This document shows, one piece after another, positions 1-8,463 of a stretch of DNA of 30,070 nucleotides (positions within the stretch are counted from its first letter, which is position 1; each line of letters starts with the position of its first letter). Made by a program: the position numbers and the translations under genes. Source of the DNA: a virus (lineage: Duplodnaviria; Caudoviricetes); IMG/VR virus record IMGVR_UViG_3300032218_000521, positions 1-30,070 of that record, one strand, 5' to 3'. The notes below the pieces were generated by a model. The model made no database searches, was not told where the DNA came from, and saw only the letters and a program-made list of their open reading frames with translations.

Positions 1-1
1 G

Positions 2-217
2 GCTTACGCCCGTATCACCAACTTCTTTGGTACAAAAGACCAGATTCAAGTGCAAGTGGCTATCCATGCAAGTGAAGATGCTAGAACTGGTAATTTTCAG
101 ACCATCAAAGAGAACGCACACTACATCGGCGTGGAAGACCTCAAGGGTGACTTAATTCCTGCTATTTATGCGGTTTTAAAGACTTATACCGATTACGCTG
201 GCGCAACGGATTGCTAA
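2..217 (+). CDS. Partial (5'-truncated) phage hypothetical protein
   Basis: Frame 2 is open from the window edge: AYARITNFFGTKDQIQVQVAIHASEDARTG...LKTYTDYAGATDC, TAA at 215-217; not in the ORF track. Confidence 0.7.
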   Translation, partial: AYARITNFFGTKDQIQVQVAIHASEDARTGNFQTIKENAHYIGVEDLKGDLIPAIYAVLKTYTDYAGATDC

Positions 218-239
218 AATTACAAAAACCAAGTAAATT
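211..239 (+). promoter_or_regulatory. Putative sigma70 promoter
   Basis: TTGCTA (211-216) - 17 bp - TAAATT (234-239), 9 nt upstream of the ATG at 249. Confidence 0.35.
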
Positions 240-248
240 CAACACACT

Positions 249-503
249 ATGGCAAAATCACCAGCATGGCAACGCAAGGAAGGCAAGAACCCCAACGGCG
301 GTTTGAACGCCAAGGGCCGAGCCTCTGCGAAGAAAGAAGGGCACAACTTGAAACCACCTCAACCAGAGGGCGGCTCAAGGCGCGACTCTTTCTGTGCAAG
401 GATGAGTGGAATGAAAAAGAAATTGACATCCGCAAAAACAGCGAACGACCCAAACTCTAGGATTAACAAAAGTCTTAGAGCGTGGAACTGCCCCGGGTGG
501 TAA
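249..503 (+). CDS. Small basic phage protein (DUF6321-like)
   Basis: MAKSPAWQRKEGKNPNGGLNAKGRAS...RRDSFCARMSG...DPNSRINKSLRAWNC resembles a widespread Lys/Arg-rich phage family found in head/tail modules. Confidence 0.75.
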   Translation: MAKSPAWQRKEGKNPNGGLNAKGRASAKKEGHNLKPPQPEGGSRRDSFCARMSGMKKKLTSAKTANDPNSRINKSLRAWNCPGW

Positions 504-515
504 AGAAGGACTGAT

Positions 516-899
516 ATGGCTACAGGACAAATGGCATCTCTTGGCGGTTTACTAGGTGGCCTAGCCCAATCTGGTGACGGCGGTCAAATGGCACCCCCAT
601 TACAGGGTGGTGCTGGAACTGGCCTAGGCGGTGGAGTTGGCGGCGGTGGTAATGCTCAAGACGGCATAAATCAAATCAATGAAGGCGCTGGAATAGTTTC
701 TGGCGCTATTGGTACGGCCGCTAGTGCTTTAGGCGGCGGTGGCGGCGGAAGTCCCCTTGGCGGCAACAATATGGGTGATGGACCACAGTTCAAAAAAGGC
801 GGTGGCGTAAAGAAAAAATACACCACTGGCGGCAAAATTAACCTCAAGGCTTGCGGCGTATCTACAGCGTCAGCAGGTAAGAAAAACAGTGGCTGGTAA
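516..899 (+). CDS. Gly-rich protein with basic C-terminal tail, probable virion/internal head protein
   Basis: RBS AAGGA upstream; Gly-rich body; tail FKKGGGVKKKYTTGGKI. Confidence 0.7.
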   Translation: MATGQMASLGGLLGGLAQSGDGGQMAPPLQGGAGTGLGGGVGGGGNAQDGINQINEGAGIVSGAIGTAASALGGGGGGSPLGGNNMGDGPQFKKGGGVKKKYTTGGKINLKACGVSTASAGKKNSGW

Positions 900-902
900 T
901 CC

Positions 903-1973
903 ATGGCTTACTCTGGAACTGTTGGCACTACAGTCATCAATGTCCAAACTCTGATTGAGCATGGTGCGCGCCGCTGTGGAAAATTAGCCGAAGAATTGAC
1001 CGACGAACAGGTAATTTCAGCAAAAGAATCGCTGTTCTTTCTATTGATAAACCTGTCAAACATTGGCATCAATTACTGGGCAATTGAAAAGACCGTCATT
1101 GGTTTAACGCCTGACGATTACGTCTATGACATGCCTGTGGGGACTATTGACGTTCTAAATGCGCTGTACAGGACAATGGACCGTCCAACTGGCACATATG
1201 CATCTTCGGCTGGCGGCACTGCCGCTAATGCATTTGATGCTGACACAAGTACATATTGCCAGCAGACTTCTGCGCTAGGTAATATATCTATAGATTACGG
1301 CTCTGGACAAACAAATTATGTTTATTCCATAGGCTTTTTGCCCTATGTTTCAGGCGGCGGATCAACTGTTTGGAGTTACGTTTTTGAGTATTCCACAGAT
1401 GGTTCCACGTGGAGCATTCTCTATACAGGCACAAGCGTAACAGTTACAGACAATTTGTGGGTATGGCAAGACATTGCCGCTGGTCAAACTGTGCAGTATT
1501 ACCGCATGCGCTCAACTAGTGGCACTTTGGCTTTGCGTGAACTGTATTTTGGTGTAAACCCTAGGGAAATCCAAATGTCACGCCTCAACCGCGATGACTA
1601 CACAAACCTGCCAAACAAAGGATTTTTGGCCAACCAACCATACCAATGGTGGTTTAACCGCACGATTCCACAACCACAGGTCACCATTTGGCCAGCCCCA
1701 AGCAGTGCATTTGTGCAGGTTACGCTTTGGCGTTCGCGTCAAATCCAAGACGTTGGCGCATTAACAAACGAACTTGAAGTGCCACAGCGCTGGTATGAGG
1801 CCGTAGTAATGATGCTGGCTCACCGCATGAGCCTTGAGTTACCTGCTGTACCAATGGACCGTATTCAATATCTTGAAGCGCAATCTGAGAAATATCTCAC
1901 AATGGCGGAGCAAGAAGAGCGCGACAAATCGCCTATCTATTTTGCGCCAAACATTGCGGTGTATACAAGGTAA
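903..1973 (+). CDS. Head-tail adaptor-like protein with inserted F5/8 type C (discoidin-like) domain
   Basis: Helical N-terminus (LIEHGARRCG...LSNIGINYW) and C-terminus (RDDYTNLPNK...PYQWWF...TIWPAP...PQRWYEAVVMMLA) typical of podophage adaptors; central NAFDADTST...EYSTDGSTW...YYRM...RELYFG segment. Confidence 0.65.
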   Translation: MAYSGTVGTTVINVQTLIEHGARRCGKLAEELTDEQVISAKESLFFLLINLSNIGINYWAIEKTVIGLTPDDYVYDMPVGTIDVLNALYRTMDRPTGTYASSAGGTAANAFDADTSTYCQQTSALGNISIDYGSGQTNYVYSIGFLPYVSGGGSTVWSYVFEYSTDGSTWSILYTGTSVTVTDNLWVWQDIAAGQTVQYYRMRSTSGTLALRELYFGVNPREIQMSRLNRDDYTNLPNKGFLANQPYQWWFNRTIPQPQVTIWPAPSSAFVQVTLWRSRQIQDVGALTNELEVPQRWYEAVVMMLAHRMSLELPAVPMDRIQYLEAQSEKYLTMAEQEERDKSPIYFAPNIAVYTR

Positions 1974-1975
1974 GC

Positions 1976-2245
1976 ATGCCACTATTCATAGAAACCCTTA
2001 ATTTAGCGTCTGTAGCGATTGCGGTGTGTGATCGTTGCAAGATGAAGAAGCCATTTGTGGCTCTTGGTAAGGACCCAAACTTTGAAGGTTTGCGTGTTTG
2101 CCAAGATGGTTGCGCAGATCAAAGGGACCCGTACAGGTTGCCAGCAAGGCAGACAGAGCGCATTAATTTGCGCTTCCCCCGCCCAGATTTGCCGCTTGAC
2201 GGGGACAGTGGCGGGCTTCCATACAACGGCTATGTGTACAAGTAA
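1976..2245 (+). CDS. Small Cys-rich (putative Zn-binding) phage protein
   Basis: CDRC...VCQDGC...DPY...RFPRPD motif; tightly packed between structural genes. Confidence 0.7.
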   Translation: MPLFIETLNLASVAIAVCDRCKMKKPFVALGKDPNFEGLRVCQDGCADQRDPYRLPARQTERINLRFPRPDLPLDGDSGGLPYNGYVYK

Positions 2246-2257
2246 TTAAGGACGAAC

Positions 2258-4138
2258 ATGGCACAATCAGGGTATACCCCAATACTTCTTTATTACAACA
2301 ACACCAATGGAAATGCGCCATCTTTGGCCAATTTGCAAACTGGTGAACTTGCCGTCAATACATTTAGTGGCAAGTTGTACTACCGCACTTCCGCTGGTGC
2401 AGTTTCGGTTATTGCTGATGCATCTACAGTTGCGCCAGTAACAACGCTTAGTTTTGGTAGTACAGGCTTAACACCTAGCACCGCTACTTCTGGTGCTATT
2501 ACTGTTGCTGGCACTCTAGGCGCGGCCAATGGCGGTACAGGTATAACTTCACTTGGTACAGGCGTAGCAACCGCCCTAGGTCAGAACGTTACTGGCACTG
2601 GTGGACTTGTTTTGGCTACAAGCGCAACATTAACTAGTGCATCTTTGGTTACTCCTGCATTGGGTACACCAGTAAGCGGAAACTTTAGTACAGGCACATT
2701 TACTTGGCCAACATTCAATCAAAACACCACGGGCACTGCGTCTAACGTCACGGGTGTAGTTCTTGCCGCAAACGGTGGTAGTGGTCAATCATCTTTTACA
2801 GCAGGAGACATGCTGTATTACGCTTCTGGCACTACATTTACAAAACTTGGTATTGGCTCAAATGGTTACGTCCTTACCTCAAACGGATCAGCACCACAGT
2901 GGACTTCTGGTTCTTCATTTGGTGTTACATCATTCTTAACTTCATTATCTGGTTTAACTCCAAGCAGTTCAAGTGGTGGTGCTATTACATTGGCTGGAAC
3001 TTTAGGCGCTACTTCTGGTGGCACAGGATTTAGCACCTACGCCGCTGGCGATTTAATTTTTGCATCAGCCACTAATACGCTATCAAAACTTACCGCAGGC
3101 ACAAACGGTTATGTATTAACACTAGCATCAGGTGTTCCAACTTGGGCCGCATCAACTGGTGGAGTTGTGTCAATTAATTTTGGTACAACTGGTTTAACCC
3201 CTAATACTGCAACTGGTGGCGTAGTTAACGTTGCAGGAACTTTGGGTGCAGGTTATGGCGGTACTGGTTTAAGCACTTTTGCTGTTGGCGACATCATGTA
3301 TGCGTCAGCCACAACGCCAACAATATCAAAGTTGACTCTTGGCTCCTCTGGCCAAGTAATGACTGTTAATTCTGGTGGAACAGCCCCGCAATGGTCTGCG
3401 CAATCAAGTTTGGCAGTGGGAACGGCAACAAACGTTGCAGGTGGCGCGGCTGGTAGCATCTTGTATCAATCAGGTGCAGGCGTTACTACAACATTAGCAA
3501 TTGGCACTGCTTACAACATTGCGGCTGTAAATGCTGGCGCTACTGCGCCTTCTTACCAAAGCATGTCGTCATTGCTTGACAACAACTTTTCAAGTGGTCA
3601 AGGAACGATTCTGTATCGCAGTGCAACAGCGTGGACCGCGTTGGGAGCAGGCACTGCTGGCTATTACTTGCAAACTGGCGGTACTGGTGCTAACCCGCTT
3701 TGGGCCGCTGTTGCCGCTGGTAGCGTTCCAACTAATGCGACTTTAACTGGCGTATTAGAGCAAACAAACCCAAGTACTACGGCAATAACTGGAACATTAA
3801 ATATTGATGTTAAAACTGCATCATTTTGGAGATTTACTACAACAAGCACTACTGTTAATTGGACAATGAATATAAGAGGAAATTCCTCAACATCTTTAAG
3901 TTCAATTATGGCGATTGATACTTCAATAACAATTTCGTACTCTGTAGTAAATGGTTCAACGGGAAATTATCAAAACGTATTTCAAATAGATGGAGTAGCG
4001 CAAACGCCATTATGGGTTAACGGTGTGGCGCCTACAAACGGCAATACAAGTTCAACTGATCTTTATACCATGACAATCGTTAAAACAGCAACAACGCCAA
4101 CCTATGTTGTTTATGGCGCGTTAGTGAGGTACGCGTAA
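2258..4138 (+). CDS. Tail fibre protein with repeated beta-rich shaft modules
   Basis: N-terminal PSLANLQTGELAVNTFSGKLYY anchor-type motif; repeats of TGLTP..AT.GAIT.AGTLGA..GGTG and AGD..YAS.T.T..KL..G..G.VLT...PQW; Gly/Thr/Ser-rich. Confidence 0.8.
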   Translation: MAQSGYTPILLYYNNTNGNAPSLANLQTGELAVNTFSGKLYYRTSAGAVSVIADASTVAPVTTLSFGSTGLTPSTATSGAITVAGTLGAANGGTGITSLGTGVATALGQNVTGTGGLVLATSATLTSASLVTPALGTPVSGNFSTGTFTWPTFNQNTTGTASNVTGVVLAANGGSGQSSFTAGDMLYYASGTTFTKLGIGSNGYVLTSNGSAPQWTSGSSFGVTSFLTSLSGLTPSSSSGGAITLAGTLGATSGGTGFSTYAAGDLIFASATNTLSKLTAGTNGYVLTLASGVPTWAASTGGVVSINFGTTGLTPNTATGGVVNVAGTLGAGYGGTGLSTFAVGDIMYASATTPTISKLTLGSSGQVMTVNSGGTAPQWSAQSSLAVGTATNVAGGAAGSILYQSGAGVTTTLAIGTAYNIAAVNAGATAPSYQSMSSLLDNNFSSGQGTILYRSATAWTALGAGTAGYYLQTGGTGANPLWAAVAAGSVPTNATLTGVLEQTNPSTTAITGTLNIDVKTASFWRFTTTSTTVNWTMNIRGNSSTSLSSIMAIDTSITISYSVVNGSTGNYQNVFQIDGVAQTPLWVNGVAPTNGNTSSTDLYTMTIVKTATTPTYVVYGALVRYA

Positions 4139-6234
4139 TGCCATTAATGTGCGCCGTAGCAATGGCACCCCCGCCATCAAGAAAAATAAATCCTGTACCC
4201 TACACAATTCCTCCAACCTGTGTTGAAGATGTCTATGGCTGGACTAGATGGGACGGCACTGGTGTTGCCCAATTTGTAACAACTTATGGGGTTGATTTAA
4301 CTACTGGGGGTGGTTGGTTAATACTAATTAGAGAAGCGTCGCTTTCTTACGGTAGTGAAATGGTTTGGGTAGATTCTCTCATGGGCGTTGGAAAATACTT
4401 TACAAGTAGCGGAGTACAAACCACAGACGCCCAAACAGTAACTTCTATAACATCCACTGGGTTTAATATTGGAACATCATCAGTAATTAATACCTCTGGA
4501 AGTCAATATACTGCTGTATTTTATAAAAAAACTCCACAATTTTTTGATCTTAAGTCTTACACAGGTACAGGGGGTGCGCAAAACATATATCATAATTTGG
4601 ATAATACACCCCAGTTAATGATTTTTAAAAACAATGCAGGTGGTTCACTTAATCAAGTAAATCCAATATCTGGCGGTGGACTTACCGCTTGTTTTGGTGG
4701 TGACATGAACTCTACTACAGGAACAAACCCATATGGCGCATCACAAACTACTTGGGTAAGTGGGGCAGGGGGTACTAGCCCGCAAAATCCAATATCACAA
4801 TCGGCTTATATTACTTTGGGAACGTCTTCGCAATTAAACGGTAATACAAACGGTATGACTGTATATTTTTTTGCAGGCGGTAAAATTTTTGGCGCTTACC
4901 CGCAATCCTATCCACAGGTTGTATTTAATTCAAATGTAGTTGTAACTGCTGGAAGTCAGTATAGTTTTCAAAGAAACGCAAATTGGACTGGTTTCCAAAC
5001 ATTTATACACCAATCCATGATGACATTTCCATCAACTACAACTGGTCAATATCCAACAATGGGTATTATGTATAACTGTAATTTTGGAAAGAATCTTGGC
5101 TCAAGTGTAAATAGTATGCCAAAAGGAGATTCTTATTATAGTAATGCGTCCTACTTTAGCGTTGAATATAATTCTTTAAGGGGTTGGGGTAGTACAAGCA
5201 CCACAGACACAGGATCAAGATTATCTCCGACGGCTTTTAATCAAACTGGCTCTGCGCAATTAAGCGCAGTTGTTTCAGATAGAATCCATAAACCATCGTC
5301 AACTGGGACAAAAATATTTTCATTTCTTAATGCAGTGGGTGCATTTAGAGATCAACCGTTATACCCAGATGTGACAAATTTCGTTGCGTCAATCGCATTA
5401 AGAGTAGGATCAAATTTTAATGGAAGTACAGATCGACATGATGGTCTTGGCAGTGTATATGGGGATCAAAGCTATGTTTTGCCAAATAATGCTAGATCAA
5501 ATGGAAATCTAGGCGCGGCTACACTTGCTTCTAAAGGGGTTTACAGCACTTTTTACACAAATAATGGAGGTTCAAGTGAATATGGTTTTTTGTTTAGATA
5601 TGCAGTAGATTGCATAATGCCATTTGTTTATCGTGGTGACGGGACCAACGGTAATGTTGCGACTAGTTGGAATATATATGCCCCAACTAATAACACGCTT
5701 CCAGCCTTTGTGTATTACAGGAATTCAGTTGGTTCTCCAGATTTTGAAAGGTTTTATCATCCAAGTTTAGGGTCGAGTGGATTAGCGCAATATTTTAATC
5801 AAGGGGGAACGTTACAAACCCCCGGTGGCGTTTGGTTGGACCCATCAAATGGGGTTTTAAGAGTTTATGCTTTTTATGGTAATAACACTAGTGGCACAGA
5901 ATATCGCGGATTTGTAGTGAGAACAATTGATAATATTTGCGTCTCAGGTACTTATGCTGGAACTGGCGCCAATCAAAATGTAAATCTAAATTTAGCCAGT
6001 GCCGCAAGATTTTTATGGGTTGCGGGAAGCAATAGTCAATTAATACGTATGTACGCATTTTCTGGCGGTACTACATATTGCGGCGAAAAAAACAACAACG
6101 TTACCCCATTAACAACTCCAACTGATACAACTCCCTATACTAGTGGAACCGCTAATTCATCTGGAGTAACTTTGACAAGCACAAGTCCTATCAATGTAAA
6201 CGGGGTAACTTATTATTATTGGGCAGTTAACTAA
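4138..6234 (+). CDS. Putative receptor-binding / distal tail fibre protein
   Basis: Repeated [YW]xG[TD]G modules (WDGTG, YTGTGGAQNIYHNL, YRGDGTNG, YAGTGANQNV) ending in INVNGVTYYYWA; aromatic/Asn/Thr-rich; TAATG coupling to the upstream fibre gene. Confidence 0.65.
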   Translation: MPLMCAVAMAPPPSRKINPVPYTIPPTCVEDVYGWTRWDGTGVAQFVTTYGVDLTTGGGWLILIREASLSYGSEMVWVDSLMGVGKYFTSSGVQTTDAQTVTSITSTGFNIGTSSVINTSGSQYTAVFYKKTPQFFDLKSYTGTGGAQNIYHNLDNTPQLMIFKNNAGGSLNQVNPISGGGLTACFGGDMNSTTGTNPYGASQTTWVSGAGGTSPQNPISQSAYITLGTSSQLNGNTNGMTVYFFAGGKIFGAYPQSYPQVVFNSNVVVTAGSQYSFQRNANWTGFQTFIHQSMMTFPSTTTGQYPTMGIMYNCNFGKNLGSSVNSMPKGDSYYSNASYFSVEYNSLRGWGSTSTTDTGSRLSPTAFNQTGSAQLSAVVSDRIHKPSSTGTKIFSFLNAVGAFRDQPLYPDVTNFVASIALRVGSNFNGSTDRHDGLGSVYGDQSYVLPNNARSNGNLGAATLASKGVYSTFYTNNGGSSEYGFLFRYAVDCIMPFVYRGDGTNGNVATSWNIYAPTNNTLPAFVYYRNSVGSPDFERFYHPSLGSSGLAQYFNQGGTLQTPGGVWLDPSNGVLRVYAFYGNNTSGTEYRGFVVRTIDNICVSGTYAGTGANQNVNLNLASAARFLWVAGSNSQLIRMYAFSGGTTYCGEKNNNVTPLTTPTDTTPYTSGTANSSGVTLTSTSPINVNGVTYYYWAVN

Positions 6235-6246
6235 AAGGAGAAAACT

Positions 6247-6438
6247 ATGGAAAAAATGGAAGTGGCACTTGAAGTAATGAATGAAATTTTGGGTTATTTG
6301 GGCACCCGCCCATACCAAGAAGTTTATACATTGATTGAAAAGTTGCAAAACGAAGCAAAGGCACATGGAATGAAACAGCAAGCCGCACAAAACGCGGCCA
6401 TGTCTGACGTGCCAAAGATTGATGCCGAGCCAGTGTGA
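6247..6438 (+). CDS. Small helical phage protein, possibly a fibre chaperone
   Basis: Strong RBS AAGGAG; NEILGYLGTRPYQEVYTLIEKLQ; directly after the fibre genes. Confidence 0.7.
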   Translation: MEKMEVALEVMNEILGYLGTRPYQEVYTLIEKLQNEAKAHGMKQQAAQNAAMSDVPKIDAEPV

Positions 6439-6632
6439 TGTCAGACATCGAAAAGGAATTTGCGGTGCATGAAGCCATTTGCGCAGAGAGGTATCGGATG
6501 ATCCAAGAAAGATTGGACAGTGGCAAAGAGCGCATGCAACGCATTGAGTACATCTTGTACGCGTTGATTGTTGCCGTGCTCTTTGGCCCGGGGGTGGCGG
6601 CCGAGTTCATTAAGAAGTTTTTAGGAGTCTGA
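6435..6632 (+). CDS. Small membrane protein (coiled coil + C-terminal TM, XhlA/holin-like architecture)
   Basis: HEAICAERY...ERMQRIE followed by hydrophobic YILYALIVAVLFGPGVAA. Confidence 0.65.
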   Translation: MMSDIEKEFAVHEAICAERYRMIQERLDSGKERMQRIEYILYALIVAVLFGPGVAAEFIKKFLGV

Positions 6633-6633
6633 C

Positions 6634-7359
6634 ATTGACCCTATATCAATGTTCCTTGCCGCCCAAGCCGCTGTTGCTTTTATTAAAAAAGGAACAGCAA
6701 TGCTTCATCAGGGGCGGATGGAGATTGAAAGCACTAAGAAAGCGATTGAACAAGGCATTGGCGACGCCAAGGCAATCGTTAAAGAAGTCAGCGGTTTGTG
6801 GGGATGGTTCAAAGGTTTATTTCAATCCAACGAATCCACCCCCAGCAAGCCCACAGAGTCTGTGGCGCAAAAGAAAAATGCCGCCAACCAGAAATCGTAT
6901 GGTGAATTGGAATCCAAACTCATCGTTGACATTGGTGACCGACTGGGAGTATTTTTCGATGCACAACAACAGATTGAACTTTATTACCAAACACTAGAAG
7001 AGGACAGCAAAAACAAGTTTGACCCAACGCAAAACAACTCTAAAAAAGCGATGGAGCGCGTATTAATTGAGTTGCAAATGGAGCAATTGGCAATTGATGT
7101 GCGTGAGGCAATGGTGTATGCGCCACCCATTCTCAAAGACCTTTATTCAAGATTTTTGAAAATGCATGCCAAGATTGAACAAGAACAAGCATGGGCTAGA
7201 TCAGAAATGATGCGTAGGTCTAGGCTTGCAAGATGGGAAAGAGAACAGCAAGAAATTCAGTTGATTGAAATAATAAGTGGAGTGGTTGCCGTGATGTTTA
7301 TCTCTATGTTTTTTGGGTGGTTAATGTGGCAACTACGAAGCTGGTCTACTGGATACTGA
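6634..7359 (+). CDS. Membrane-anchored helical protein of the lysis cassette (probable ATT start at 6634; first ATG at 6649)
   Basis: AGGAG at 6623-6627, 6 nt before in-frame ATT-GAC-CCT-ATA-TCA-ATG; C-terminal TM IISGVVAVMFISMFFGWLMW. Confidence 0.7.
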   Translation: MDPISMFLAAQAAVAFIKKGTAMLHQGRMEIESTKKAIEQGIGDAKAIVKEVSGLWGWFKGLFQSNESTPSKPTESVAQKKNAANQKSYGELESKLIVDIGDRLGVFFDAQQQIELYYQTLEEDSKNKFDPTQNNSKKAMERVLIELQMEQLAIDVREAMVYAPPILKDLYSRFLKMHAKIEQEQAWARSEMMRRSRLARWEREQQEIQLIEIISGVVAVMFISMFFGWLMWQLRSWSTGY

Positions 7360-7493
7360 TAGGGGTCGCAATATGTATTGTCGTAGGAGTAACTTCAATG
7401 GCGTACGTGGAAACCCTATACATGCGAGCGCAACTCAAACAAGAGATGAAAGAGCTTCGTAAACTTAAACGCGAACTAAAGGAAAGTAAATGA
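7326..7493 (+). CDS. 55-aa single-TM + coiled-coil protein (not in ORF track)
   Basis: GTG start; MATTKLVYWILIGVAICIVVGVTSMAYVETLYMRAQLKQEMKELRKLKRELKESK; fills the gap and overlaps the holin start (ATGA). Confidence 0.65.
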   Translation: MATTKLVYWILIGVAICIVVGVTSMAYVETLYMRAQLKQEMKELRKLKRELKESK

Positions 7494-7963
7494 ATGAACT
7501 ATTTGGCCTACTCAAAGGTATCGCACCCACGCTGGCAACTGCTGTTGCTGGCCCTCTGGGTGGCATGGCGGTGTCCGCTTTGGCTTCTAAATTTGGTGTT
7601 TCCGATACTGTCGAATCCGTTGCAAAAGCGATTGCTGGTGACCCGCAGGCGGCTCAAAAGATTGCTGAAATGGAATTAGAGTTTGCTAAGTTAGCGGCAG
7701 ACGCCATGAAAAACGAAGATAACAATGTATCTACCCGTTGGAACGCAGACATGTCTAGCGACTCTTGGTTGTCTAAGAACATTCGCCCGATGAGCCTTGT
7801 GGCTATTTTTATAGGTTATTTTCTCTTTGCCATGATGTCGGCGTTCGGTTTAAACGCTAACGAAGCCTATGTCACCTTGCTAGGACAGTGGGGAATGCTG
7901 ATAATGGGGGCATACTTTGGCGGTCGCACGGTCGAAAAACTTGCTGAGATGAAAAAGAAATGA
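7490..7963 (+). CDS. Holin, 3TM (GTA-holin-like) family
   Basis: RWNADMSSDSWLSKNIRP - TM - TM - AYFGGRTVEK signature; immediately upstream of the endolysin. Confidence 0.75.
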   Translation: MNELFGLLKGIAPTLATAVAGPLGGMAVSALASKFGVSDTVESVAKAIAGDPQAAQKIAEMELEFAKLAADAMKNEDNNVSTRWNADMSSDSWLSKNIRPMSLVAIFIGYFLFAMMSAFGLNANEAYVTLLGQWGMLIMGAYFGGRTVEKLAEMKKK

Positions 7964-8418
7964 ACCTCTCCGAACACTTCACCCTAGAAGAAGCCACGTA
8001 TAGCGAGACTGCTATACGCATGGGGATCAACAACCAGCCCGATGAACGCCAACTGGCAAACATGAAAGCGGCGGCAGGGCATTTGGAGGAGGTTCGCAAT
8101 GTCACAGGCGCTCTTCGTGTTAATTCTTGGCTACGCTTGCCTGATGTCAACGTTGCTGTTGGTGGCAGTAAAGTATCCTCCCACATGGATGGTTGGGCTA
8201 TTGACTGTTCTTCTTCTACTCATACTCCTCACGAACTATGTCAGCTTGTTTTGAAGGCTGGTATTAAGTTTGACCAGATGATTCACGAGTATGGACGTTG
8301 GATGCACATTTCCTTTGCGCCTGAGATGCGTCAACAAGTTTTGACCATTTTTAAACCAGAAGGCGTGTACAAGGCTGGTCTTTTGACAGAGGCTGAATAC
8401 CACGCAGAAGTTGCCTAA
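7960..8418 (+). CDS. Endolysin, peptidase M15A family (Zn-dependent)
   Basis: LSEHFTLEE, NSWLR, VGGSKVSSHMDGWAID (SxHxxGxAxD), FDQMIHE, WMHISF. Confidence 0.85.
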   Translation: MNLSEHFTLEEATYSETAIRMGINNQPDERQLANMKAAAGHLEEVRNVTGALRVNSWLRLPDVNVAVGGSKVSSHMDGWAIDCSSSTHTPHELCQLVLKAGIKFDQMIHEYGRWMHISFAPEMRQQVLTIFKPEGVYKAGLLTEAEYHAEVA

Positions 8419-8439
8419 CTACCCCCTAGGCAATACAAT
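8411..8439 (+). promoter_or_regulatory. Putative sigma70 promoter for downstream adaptor/tail/ejection genes
   Basis: TTGCCT (8411-8416) - 17 bp - TACAAT (8434-8439), in the longest intergenic gap of the late region. Confidence 0.5.
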
Positions 8440-8463
8440 TGACATAACTGGAAAGGGTTAAAA

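Noticed and set aside
4138-6234. Possible diversity-generating retroelement target in the receptor-binding gene
   Set aside because: No reverse transcriptase and no near-identical template repeat seen in the window
6635-6997. 120-aa TTG-start ORF overlapping the lysis membrane gene
   Set aside because: Lies within a better-supported gene and has no recognisable protein pattern; noted only as a possible competitor for the SD
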